From Candidatus Peregrinibacteria bacterium CG11_big_fil_rev_8_21_14_0_20_46_8 (GTDB taxonomy: Bacteria; Patescibacteriota; Gracilibacteria; UBA1369; UM-FILTER-53-11): a stretch of 64,000 bases of DNA. This document shows positions 44,214-52,714 of this stretch, in pieces. The notes beneath the pieces are model-generated. The model ran no database searches and was not told where the DNA came from. It worked only from the letters and a program-made list of their open reading frames with translations. The stretch's first letter is position 1, and every line of letters begins with the position of its first letter. The position numbers and the translations under genes were made by a program. Location of the stretch: the NCBI GenBank assembly GCA_002796025.1, contig PCVQ01000003.1, forward strand, positions 2,238-66,237, given 5' to 3'.

Positions 44214-44615
44214 TTACTCCGCATCCGAATTTTCTTCGTACAAACCAAAAATATTTCCTTCTGGATCCGTACAGTATGCCAGCCAGGCAAGGCCTGGAAT
44301 TGCCATTTTGGGTACAGTAACTTTTCCCCCGGCTGCAATAACTTTTGTAATATGTTCATCGACATTCTCGACTTGAATAGTCGAAACAAACGAAGTAACC
44401 GGCTCGCCACCCTTTGGAGCAGCTCCTTGCCGGCCCACAATCCCGCCATTTATGCCTGGTTCTTTGCTGCCTTCCGGAGCCGTCATAATCATCCAATATT
44501 CCATATTCGGATTCTCCCATTTTTTTATCTCCCACTGAAAAACATCGCTATAAAATTTCGCGATTTTTTCTGTATTCGCGGCATGAATTTCGAAATGTAC
44601 TACTCGGTTAAACAT
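44214..44615 (-). CDS. VOC (glyoxalase/bleomycin-resistance) family protein
   Basis: HFEIHA...FYSDVFQWE and C-terminal DPEGNIFGL motifs. Confidence 0.85.
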   Translation of the reverse strand: MFNRVVHFEIHAANTEKIAKFYSDVFQWEIKKWENPNMEYWMIMTAPEGSKEPGINGGIVGRQGAAPKGGEPVTSFVSTIQVENVDEHITKVIAAGGKVTVPKMAIPGLAWLAYCTDPEGNIFGLYEENSDAE

Positions 44616-44650
44616 ATATAGGGGACGCCTATACGTATAAAAGTATGACG

Positions 44651-46027
44651 TTAATGTATAGGCGCATGTACCGGTGCATCTTTTATGCGGAATTTATTCA
44701 TTGTTCTCGAAATCCAAATGTATCCTATCCCCGATGCAATAACATTACCGGCAATGATTGAGAGCCAGATTGAGATGATTGGGAAATTAAAAATCTGTGT
44801 CAGAACATAGCTAAGTGGAAGGGCAATTCCTGCGAATTTGAGTAATAAAATCCAAAATCCCGGCCATGAGCGTCCGATCGCCTGGAATGCATTTGCTTCT
44901 ATGAGCATGGCAGCGAGAAAGCCATAGCTAAGGGCTACGGTCCACATATACAGTCGCGCATATTGTGTTACAATCGGATCTTCGGTGAAGATATTGATGA
45001 TATTTGTGGCAAAGAGTGCGGCAAATACGCCGAGTCCGGCGGCACAGAGAAATCCATATTTCAGTGCCTTATGAAAAGCTTCTTTTGCCCGCTCAATATT
45101 TCCTGCACCAATATTTTGTCCGATCATCGCCATAGCACCGAAGCCAAATCCTGCCGCCGGCAGAAAGGCGAAAAATTCGATTCTAAATCCTAAGCTGAAT
45201 GCGATTGCACCGGGTTCCAAAAAGCTGAGCGTTGTAATAAAGGTGAGTGCAGCAAGGCCGAGCGGAAATATAACTTGTGTGAATGCCGCCGGAATGCCTA
45301 TGTTGAGAACTTTCTTTACCGATTGCCATTTAAAGCTGAGATTGCGAAAGTGAAAGCGGACTTTGCGGTGCTTACTAGATAGCGAGCGAAGCGCAATGAC
45401 GATAAAAATTGCTTGAGAAATAAGTGTGGAGACCGCTGCGCCGGAAATTCCTAAGCGTGGAAATCCCAGCCAGCCGAAGATTAAGAGCGGATCGATGATC
45501 GTATTAATGAGCGTTGAGACCGCAAAGAGTTTTGTTAAGCCGAATGTATCGCCCTGTGCATTAAAGGCGAACATGATGGTGATGAGAATGAAAAATAAGA
45601 GCGAGCCACCGGCGGTAATGGTGAAATATTCGAGTGCCGGTTCAAAAATTAAACCATTTGCACCGGATGCAATAAGGAGTTCCCTGCGGAATATAATGGC
45701 AATTGTTCCGAATATAACGCCCGCGATTGCGGCAAGCACAAATGACTGACCGAGTACGCGTTCTGCCTCTTGTTGATCTTTTGCGCCAATGTGCATCGAC
45801 ATAATGACGCCGGAGCCGACGGTTATGCCAAAACCTACCGAAATCATTACGAACAATGTAATTTGTGAAATGCTCACCGCCGCAATAGCCTCGGCCGATA
45901 ATTTGCTGACCCAAAATGCATCAACTAAATTATAGAGCGTGTAGAAAAAGACCGAAAGCATCATCGGCCACGCCAGCGACCAAAGCTCTTTTCTAATCGA
46001 GCCCTTTGTTAAATCTTGTCCTTCCAT
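44651..46027 (-). CDS. MATE-family efflux transporter
   Basis: 12 TM helices, N-terminal LWSLAWPMML, and two homologous halves. Confidence 0.9.
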   Translation of the reverse strand: MEGQDLTKGSIRKELWSLAWPMMLSVFFYTLYNLVDAFWVSKLSAEAIAAVSISQITLFVMISVGFGITVGSGVIMSMHIGAKDQQEAERVLGQSFVLAAIAGVIFGTIAIIFRRELLIASGANGLIFEPALEYFTITAGGSLLFFILITIMFAFNAQGDTFGLTKLFAVSTLINTIIDPLLIFGWLGFPRLGISGAAVSTLISQAIFIVIALRSLSSKHRKVRFHFRNLSFKWQSVKKVLNIGIPAAFTQVIFPLGLAALTFITTLSFLEPGAIAFSLGFRIEFFAFLPAAGFGFGAMAMIGQNIGAGNIERAKEAFHKALKYGFLCAAGLGVFAALFATNIINIFTEDPIVTQYARLYMWTVALSYGFLAAMLIEANAFQAIGRSWPGFWILLLKFAGIALPLSYVLTQIFNFPIISIWLSIIAGNVIASGIGYIWISRTMNKFRIKDAPVHAPIH

Positions 46028-46112
46028 ATTTTTTGTTTAAGAAATAGTACCAAAGTATTTTGTAGTTATTTTCAGGGAGCGTCAATTCTATTTGATGTGG
46101 ATTGCATAATGC

Positions 46113-46202
46113 TGGCGGAGAGAGGGGGATTCGAACCCCCGATACCCTTGCGGGTATAGTGCTTTTCGAGAGCACCCCATTCAACCGCTCTGGCATCTCT
46201 CC
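46113..46202 (-). tRNA. tRNA-Ser (CGA), long variable arm, CCA encoded
   Basis: Acceptor GGAGAGA/TCTCTCC, anticodon stem GTGCT/AGCAC with loop CTCGAAA, variable stem-loop TATACCCGCAAGGGTAT; 90 nt. Confidence 0.9.
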
Positions 46203-46365
46203 CTTTTTATAGGCTTCGGCTCATTCAGTCGGCGCTTCCCCGCGTACGCGGGGATCCGCGCCTCCCTCATTTCGCCTATGCGCTCGGCTCGTAGCCTCGC
46301 AGAGAGTTTATAATATTTAAAGATCTAATACGAGAATGCGAGAATAATGGTATATAATTCAGATT

Positions 46366-47634
46366 GTGCAAGAGATGCTCTCATGTGAGAAAAAAGATTC
46401 AGCGCCAGAAGGTTTTGTGCTTCTTCCGGCAGGACCGGAACTTTTTGACGATTTAGATGCGACAATAGATGCTGCAAAGCAGTATGTGATTCTGAAATCT
46501 TTTTTGTGGCGGAATGATGCAGCTGGGCAACGTATGGCGCGCTCCTTGTACGCTGCTGCCGAACGAGGTTGCAAAATACTGATTTTAAAAGACCGTATTG
46601 GTGCATTTTTTGAATTCGCCGAAGGAAATGGGCAAAGTTTTTTTCACGATACACCACAAGACGATCCTCTATTTGATAGCCATTCATTACAGACGGTGTA
46701 TGCTCAGGCGCGGGCCGTAGGGCGCTTTTATAAAAATTCTCCCGGCACTGCCGTTCCTAATCCGTTGCGCAACGATTTTATTGAGCATCCAAATATTACA
46801 GTTATTGATGATTTCAAGTTGTATGATCATTCAAAAGTAATAATTGTCGATGGCCAAACCGCTTACCTTGGAGGTGTAGGGTTTGGAGAAGAATTTATGG
46901 AGCCGCAAAATCACTGGATAGATTTTATGTTAAAGATTTCTGGTCCAGTACAGTGTGCTGAATTTATTCGTGTTGTTGGAGGTTTGCCGTCGTACCACCA
47001 GGATACTGATACGGAATTTTATAGTGGAGAAATGAACGGGCATCTGCTCAAATTTATAGCTGGTGCAGAGGAGCAGCTTGATATCGAAATGGCATTTCTA
47101 GGGAATCCTCAATTTATTGATGCAATTGCAAAACGAGTTGCTGCTGGTGTACGTACGCAAATCTATATGCCGGCAACGGCATCGAGTCACAACTTTCGCA
47201 ATCTTCATTTTATTCGAAAATTGATGGATGAAACTGCAGACCGGCGCGAATTGCTTTCTGTTCATACTTTGCCGAAAATGGTTCATACGAAATTATTGAT
47301 GCGTGATTCACGAGAGGTTTTTTTTGGCTCTGCAAATTTATCTTCCGATTCGAATGTATTGTATGAAACAAATATGAGATCAGCTTCTGTGGATTTATTT
47401 GCGGCTTTTCAGAAGGCTCTTGCAGAACATCATGCAGTCTCAGCACATATGGAGTCGCCACCAAAGTGGCGTGATTTCTTAGTACGATGGAGCTGTGAAT
47501 ATTTTGCTGTAAAAAATCAAAAGCTTGCCATGCGTTTGCGCAGAAAGCAGGTAGAAAAAATACGGAGAGCGTGCCAGCAAGAAATTTGTTTACTCCTCAA
47601 TCTTCCATGCCGGATTCCAGGCCACCTCCCATAA
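46366..47634 (+). CDS. phospholipase D-family protein (cardiolipin synthase-like), two HKD motifs
   Basis: HSKVIIVDGQTAYLGGVGF and HTKLLMRDSREVFFGSANLS. The start is uncertain (GTG at 46366 or ATG at 46375). Confidence 0.85.
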   Translation: MQEMLSCEKKDSAPEGFVLLPAGPELFDDLDATIDAAKQYVILKSFLWRNDAAGQRMARSLYAAAERGCKILILKDRIGAFFEFAEGNGQSFFHDTPQDDPLFDSHSLQTVYAQARAVGRFYKNSPGTAVPNPLRNDFIEHPNITVIDDFKLYDHSKVIIVDGQTAYLGGVGFGEEFMEPQNHWIDFMLKISGPVQCAEFIRVVGGLPSYHQDTDTEFYSGEMNGHLLKFIAGAEEQLDIEMAFLGNPQFIDAIAKRVAAGVRTQIYMPATASSHNFRNLHFIRKLMDETADRRELLSVHTLPKMVHTKLLMRDSREVFFGSANLSSDSNVLYETNMRSASVDLFAAFQKALAEHHAVSAHMESPPKWRDFLVRWSCEYFAVKNQKLAMRLRRKQVEKIRRACQQEICLLLNLPCRIPGHLP

Positions 47635-48012
47635 ATGGCCGTCTGGATCTTGAAAGTAGCCCGCATAGCCACCCCAAAAAGTATCTTCGGCGGGTTTGGT
47701 AATTGTTGCCCCGGCGTCTTGAGCTTCTTGCATTACCGTGTTCACTTTATCTTTGCCGGATACATTGTGGGCGATGGTGAATTCGGTTGCGCTTGCCGGT
47801 CCACGCTCTATTTTTGCATCGTGTGCGATATTTTTGCGCTCAAAAAGACCAAGCTTTAAGCCATGTTGTAAGTCAAAGAAGACAACACCCCCGTGTTCAA
47901 ACTCGGTACCAACAATGCCCTCGGTTTTTAATCCCAATCCATCTCTATAAAATCTGAGCGACCGTTCTAAATCATCGACGCCCAAAGTAATGAGGCTGAT
48001 TCGCGCTTTCAT
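47590..48012 (-). CDS. VOC (glyoxalase) family protein
   Basis: ISLITLGVDDLERSLRFYRDGLG and DPDGHLWEV motifs. Confidence 0.85.
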   Translation of the reverse strand: MKARISLITLGVDDLERSLRFYRDGLGLKTEGIVGTEFEHGGVVFFDLQHGLKLGLFERKNIAHDAKIERGPASATEFTIAHNVSGKDKVNTVMQEAQDAGATITKPAEDTFWGGYAGYFQDPDGHLWEVAWNPAWKIEE

Positions 48013-48023
48013 AAATAATTTCG

Positions 48024-48416
48024 TTATGCATCTACTGCTACTTTAAAGCCTCCGAATGCCATGCGCTTCATATCAAACGGCATCGGCATATCTTTCATAT
48101 CGGCATATTTTTTATCCATCTCTGCCATCACTTTTTTATTGACGCTATCGCGATGTGCCCGCGATTTGTAGGTAATGTACGAAAACCACACGGTCTCATT
48201 TTTTTTTGCATTCGTCATTTTTGGAAAATTCAGCGCCGGCATGCCTCCCATATCTGGATGCAAATCGTCGCCCATGCACTCTTTATAATCAAGCGCACCG
48301 TATTTTTTCCAGATTTTTGCCGCTTCTTTGGCCATTTTTTTGTATGCCGCAACTTTTGTCTTTGGCACAACCAATACAAATCCATCAACGTATTTTGCTG
48401 TAGCTGTTTTAGCCAT
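48024..48416 (-). CDS. DUF1428 family protein
   Basis: YVDGFVLVVPK..AYKKMA..IWKKYGALDY..FGGF pattern. Confidence 0.82.
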   Translation of the reverse strand: MAKTATAKYVDGFVLVVPKTKVAAYKKMAKEAAKIWKKYGALDYKECMGDDLHPDMGGMPALNFPKMTNAKKNETVWFSYITYKSRAHRDSVNKKVMAEMDKKYADMKDMPMPFDMKRMAFGGFKVAVDA

Positions 48417-48462
48417 GTATTTTTAGATTATTAATTAGATACAGATTAGAATATCAAAAATA

Positions 48463-49326
48463 CTATACATACGAAAGTTCTCTTCCAAGACATGAGTAGT
48501 GTTCGTTAAGTGCATCTAAGGCTGTCATCTCTTCATCACTTAATTCAAAGTCAAAGACGTCGATATCTTCGTGCAAATGTTCCTTTTGATTTGCTTTTGG
48601 CAAAGGCACTGTGCCTAATTGTAAGTTCCAGCGAATGAAGATTTGAGCTGGTGTTTTCTCGTGTCTTTCGGCAATTTCTTGAATGTTGCTGTCGTCGAGG
48701 CGCTCTGTTCGTGTAAGCGGACTATAGGCTTGAATAACTATGTCGTTTTTTTCGGCATATCTCAGCATCTCTTTGCTATGTCCAAATGGAGACCATTCAA
48801 TCTGATTCGCAACCGGAACTACTCCGGTTGCTCCAATTAAATCCTCAATTAATTCAATGGAATAATTGCTTACGCCTATATCTTTGGTGAGGCCATCCTG
48901 TTGAGCACGGATGAGGCCTTTCCATAGTTGTATGCCTGCTCCATTTCGGGGCGGACGATGAATGAGCATAAGATCGACATAGTTTTGTTGAAGTTCTTCG
49001 AGATTTTTTCGCGTTGCTGCATAGGCATCGTCATCTTCTTCGACCTTCGATATTAAATAAAAACTATCGCGCTCCACAGTGCTTTGTTTTATGCCTTGCC
49101 CAATGCCCGGTTGCGTGCCGTAATCGCCCGAGGTATCGATCATGGGGTATCCCAGCGCCAAAGCTTCTTCAATTATTTCGGCAGTATCTTTTGTGAGTTG
49201 CCAGGTTCCAAGTCCAATAATCGGCATGGAATTACCGGTGCGGAGCTGTATGCGTGATTGTAAATTCATATTCAAAAGACGCATTCCCTCACGTAAATCC
49301 ATCATCTTTTTTCCTCCGGCTGCCAC
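48463..49326 (-). CDS. aldo/keto reductase
   Basis: MPIIGLGTWQ, IDTSGDYG, LMLIHRP and AYSPL motifs. The true start is probably the MNLQSRIQL Met at 49269. Confidence 0.9.
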   Translation of the reverse strand: MAAGGKKMMDLREGMRLLNMNLQSRIQLRTGNSMPIIGLGTWQLTKDTAEIIEEALALGYPMIDTSGDYGTQPGIGQGIKQSTVERDSFYLISKVEEDDDAYAATRKNLEELQQNYVDLMLIHRPPRNGAGIQLWKGLIRAQQDGLTKDIGVSNYSIELIEDLIGATGVVPVANQIEWSPFGHSKEMLRYAEKNDIVIQAYSPLTRTERLDDSNIQEIAERHEKTPAQIFIRWNLQLGTVPLPKANQKEHLHEDIDVFDFELSDEEMTALDALNEHYSCLGRELSYV

Positions 49327-49351
49327 GCTTCAAAGGGCTGCAATATTCCAC

Positions 49352-49441
49352 TGGCGGAGGGAGAGGGATTCGAACCCTCGGGACCCTTGCGGGCCCAACA
49401 GTTTTCAAGACTGCCGCATTCGACCGCTCTGCCATCCCTCC
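49352..49441 (-). tRNA. tRNA-Ser (TGA), long variable arm, CCA encoded
   Basis: Acceptor GGAGGGA/TCCCTCC, anticodon loop CTTGAAA, variable stem-loop GGGCCCGCAAGGGTCCC; 90 nt. Confidence 0.9.
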
Positions 49442-49521
49442 GAGGGCGGAGGATACATGAAATAGGCAGGGTGCGCTAGGTTTTGAAAAGCAACTTTATA
49501 AGTGTACAATATTCTCAATTT

Positions 49522-49989
49522 ATGCAAGATAAGCACCGGCTCATAATTGCGCTCGCGGTTTCGTATCTTAGTGGTCTTATTGGGTCGCTCTATACGAATC
49601 CATCAACCCTGTGGTATCAAGAGTTATTGAAGCCGTGGTTTCAAGTGCCGGGCTGGTTTTTTGGACCGGTGTGGTTTGTGCTGTATGGATTAATTGGTTA
49701 TGCGGTGTATTTAGTTTGGAAAAATACGGATGTCCGGGAGCGAACGCGTGCGCTTACTCTCTTTGGATTTCATCTTTTTGTAAGCGTGGTATGGACCTAT
49801 TTATTTTGGCAGTTGCAGAACACATATTTTGCCTATATCGCAATTCTGCTGCTCTGGCTGACGCTTATAATTAGCATGCAAATGTTTTGGAATTTGAATA
49901 AGCGCGCCTTTTATTTGCTGCTGCCCTATCTAGCGTGGCTAAGTTATGCGTGTATGCTGAACTACGCTATTTGGCAGTTAAATCTTTAA
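49522..49989 (+). CDS. tspO: TspO/MBR family tryptophan-rich sensory protein
   Basis: Five TM helices with W..LKKPWFQVPGWFFGPVWFVLY. Start placed at the ATG (MQDKHRL); the ORF track begins at an upstream TTG. Confidence 0.85.
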   Translation: MQDKHRLIIALAVSYLSGLIGSLYTNPSTLWYQELLKPWFQVPGWFFGPVWFVLYGLIGYAVYLVWKNTDVRERTRALTLFGFHLFVSVVWTYLFWQLQNTYFAYIAILLLWLTLIISMQMFWNLNKRAFYLLLPYLAWLSYACMLNYAIWQLNL

Positions 49990-49992
49990 AGC

Positions 49993-50661
49993 ATGCTGGT
50001 CAAGATCGATTCTTCTTGGAGAGAACAATTATCAGAGCAGTTCGAAAAAGAGTATTTTGCGAAACTTGCCGCGTTTGTTCGCGGAGAGTATATGACGAAA
50101 TCGATCTATCCTCCTCCGGATAAAATTTTTCGTGCTTTTGATTTGTGCCCATTCGATAAGGTTAAAGTAGTGATACTCGGGCAAGATCCATATCATGGAA
50201 AAGGTCAGGCCAATGGATTATGTTTTGCAGTCGGAGCCGGAGTGGATTTACCTCCCTCGCTTCAAAATATATACAAAGAAATCGCCGACGACATTGGTGT
50301 AGCAATGAAACCAAAGGGAGATTTAGAAAATTGGGCAACGCAAGGAGTCTTGCTCTTAAACGCGACATTAACGGTAGAGGCTCATAAGGCGGGATCGCAT
50401 CAGGGGAAGGGTTGGGAAGATTTTACCGACGCCTGTGTTGAGGCTCTTTCAAGACAAAAAACAGGATTGGTTTTTATCTTATGGGGTCGATATGCTCAGG
50501 AAAAAGGCAAGATGATCGATAGAGAAAAGCATTTGGTTTTAACTTCCGCCCACCCTTCACCGTTTTCTGCATATAACGGATTTTTCGGATGCAAGCATTT
50601 TAGCCAGACGAATGATTATTTAAGAAAAATCGGGAAGGAGCCGATTAATTGGGGGAATTGA
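49993..50661 (+). CDS. ung: uracil-DNA glycosylase
   Basis: VVILGQDPYHGKGQANGLCFAV, LLLNATLTV and SAHPSPFSA motifs. Confidence 0.95.
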   Translation: MLVKIDSSWREQLSEQFEKEYFAKLAAFVRGEYMTKSIYPPPDKIFRAFDLCPFDKVKVVILGQDPYHGKGQANGLCFAVGAGVDLPPSLQNIYKEIADDIGVAMKPKGDLENWATQGVLLLNATLTVEAHKAGSHQGKGWEDFTDACVEALSRQKTGLVFILWGRYAQEKGKMIDREKHLVLTSAHPSPFSAYNGFFGCKHFSQTNDYLRKIGKEPINWGN

Positions 50662-50677
50662 TAAGATTTGGGGCGCA

Positions 50678-50959
50678 TCATTCAGGTGCATCAAGATGAT
50701 CTTGAATCAACTTTGCGAGTCCTTCTCCGGTGTGTACAAGGTTCGGAGTTTGCAGCAGATCTTCAATCTCGGTTGTTACTTGTTGTCCGGTTACTGTTTG
50801 CACCAAAAGAATCGCTCTGCTGCAATTTGCCCGTACAACTTCTTCCCGCGTAAAACGAACAGCTTCTCCAGTTTCCGGATCAATTACCTTAACACCTTCA
50901 TCTTCAAGCTCAGGAATTGTTTGACCTTTATATGTGAGTGGTTCTATCTCTGGACGCAT
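50678..50959 (-). CDS. possible 93-aa acidic protein translationally coupled to the Cys-rich gene
   Basis: The ATG at 50959 lies 1 nt after the upstream TGA (TGAcATG). Only this 3' part of the 181-aa track ORF avoids overlapping the upstream gene. Confidence 0.4.
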   Translation of the reverse strand: MRPEIEPLTYKGQTIPELEDEGVKVIDPETGEAVRFTREEVVRANCSRAILLVQTVTGQQVTTEIEDLLQTPNLVHTGEGLAKLIQDHLDAPE

Positions 50960-50960
50960 G

Positions 50961-52604
50961 TCAGTAGATTGCCGCAAGATAGCAGCCTTCGCAATAGATC
51001 TTCTGTTCGGGCCGGCCTGACTGGTATGCGCTCGTGATGCTCTTGTTACATTTTCCGCACGTGCGTTCCCCAAGCTGCCGCGGCGTGCGTAGTTGCATGC
51101 GTGCCGCATGGCGGCACAGGTCGCACTTGCGCGGAATCGGCAGATTTTTATTTTTGTAAAAGCGCAGCTCTTGAGAGATAACCTTATAATTTTTGTTGCA
51201 ATCTTCACAGGCGAGGATTTCATTGGTGATCATTGCTGGAACGTCTGCAATCGCATCGGGAATTTCACATGTTTGAGCTTGATACTCGCGCGCATCTTTA
51301 TCGCGCCAGGTATAGCCGCGTGCTTCTGTTTCATCCTTCTTAAGAGGAAAGTACTCCTGCGCAACAGTCTCGTTATATGCAAACTGTGCTCGCTCTGCCG
51401 GGAAAAACTCTCCCCATTCGCCGCTCTTTTTCATGTGTTCGATAATTTTCGTGCGCAGTTTTTCATACTCCTCCTTTGTATACTGCTTATTTAAAATGCA
51501 GTACTTCTTTTTGTTTAATCCCACACAGCCAAAGCAGTCGCTCGAGCTGTTGCACATCTCGCAATAAAAGCAGCTGGTACAGTAGTGGCTCGCCACGCAA
51601 AATGCCGAATAGCGCATCTGCAAGGTGCTGATGCACTCGTATGCAACTTCTGGATGATAGAGTGAGTAATTTAAATCTTGGCATGTCTTTGCATCCAGAA
51701 CATCGTAGAGATATTTACAGTCTTCACTGTTGACCACATTGAAGCTGTCTGTCACATTTTTGCAATTTTTCAGATTATTGCCGCTCGAATTTTCGCAGTT
51801 TGTGATGTAAGCATCGCGGTGAATTGCATGTTGAGCGCGGAACTCATTCCACCCCTTGCGCGCCCGCTCTAAGCCGGAGTGCGTATCCAGCTTCATCGCC
51901 TTTAATTTTTCAAAGTACTCTTCTTTAGAATACGGTTTGTTATCGATGTAGTACTGTTTATTCCGCAGCCCGTAGCTAAAGAGACAGTTGTTGCAGCCCT
52001 TCATGTCGTAGCAAAAGAGCAGATCGGTGCTGTCGTCGCAGTACATGCAGAAGCTGCAGTTGTATGCATTATGACAGTTGATGCACTCGTAGCAGAGTGT
52101 CGATTTTTAGACAAATGTACAGTCGACACTGTCTTTGCAGTACTTAATGAACAGATTGTAGAAGCAGTCTTCGTTGCCTTCGCCGGCAATATCAAAGTAA
52201 CAATTTTTGTCGTCCCCGCAGTAGTTGCAGTAGTCACTGTTTTCGCAGTTGACGATATCCATGCTCAGGCGCGGCACCTCGCGCTGCAGTTCGGCAAACT
52301 GTTCAAAAAACGGTCGATTAAAATCAAAGTCGCGGCCGTAGTCCATAGGATCCCAGTCGTCGCTGTACCACTCACTTGGCGTGTAGATTTTAAACTGCGT
52401 ATCCGGTGGATACATCGAGATAATTGGCGAGCCGCTCTTGGCCGATTTCGCCCTATAAAAAGTCCGGTCATTCCGCCACGCCAGCCTGCACTGATTGCGG
52501 CACTGGGGGCAAAGTGTTGGATCTGTTACTCCGAGCTGGTCGTAGAGGGCGCGGTCTTCCGGTGCGATTTGGAAGTCTGTTGTGCATTGAGTGCAAATTT
52601 TCAT
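50961..52604 (-). pseudogene. Cys-rich multi-zinc-ribbon protein, paralog A, interrupted by one in-frame TAA (52107-52109)
   Basis: Track ORFs 52107..52604 and 50961..52046 are in the same frame. Together they align end to end with the intact paralog at 54008..55651. Confidence 0.75.
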
Positions 52605-52650
52605 GAGTATGAATGTTAAAAGTACTCAAATGGTAAAATCTTTTTTAAGA

Positions 52651-52706
52651 GTGGTAAATAGCACCACGTGGTGATTGTTGACACCACTCATATGATGCGG
52701 CATTAT
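52651..52706 (+). promoter_or_regulatory. divergent control region: GTGGT/ACCAC half-site array with a perfect 12-bp palindrome, plus candidate promoter
   Basis: GTGGT 52651-55; CACCACGTGGTG 52662-73; CACCAC 52682-87; TTGACA 52678-83, 17-nt spacer, CATTAT 52701-06; ATG at 52715. Confidence 0.35.
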
Positions 52707-52714
52707 GGGCTCAT

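Noticed and set aside
46325-46687. Minus-strand 120-aa ORF overlapping the PLD gene start
   Set aside because: It overlaps the motif-bearing PLD ORF on the opposite strand. It also has no start context, and its 5' end would run into the PLD coding region.
50960-51223. The upstream 88 codons of track ORF 50678..51223
   Set aside because: They are out of frame inside the C-terminal zinc-ribbon region of Cys-rich paralog A and have an Arg/Ala/Cys-rich composition. Only the part after the ATG at 50959 is retained as a candidate.
52107-52109. Alternative genetic code (stop-codon reassignment, as in Gracilibacteria/Absconditabacteria) to explain the in-frame stop
   Set aside because: The interrupting codon is TAA, not TGA. 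TGA (guaA, paralog A), TAA (1016..1657) and TAG (the giant SLH gene) all terminate well-delimited genes in this window.
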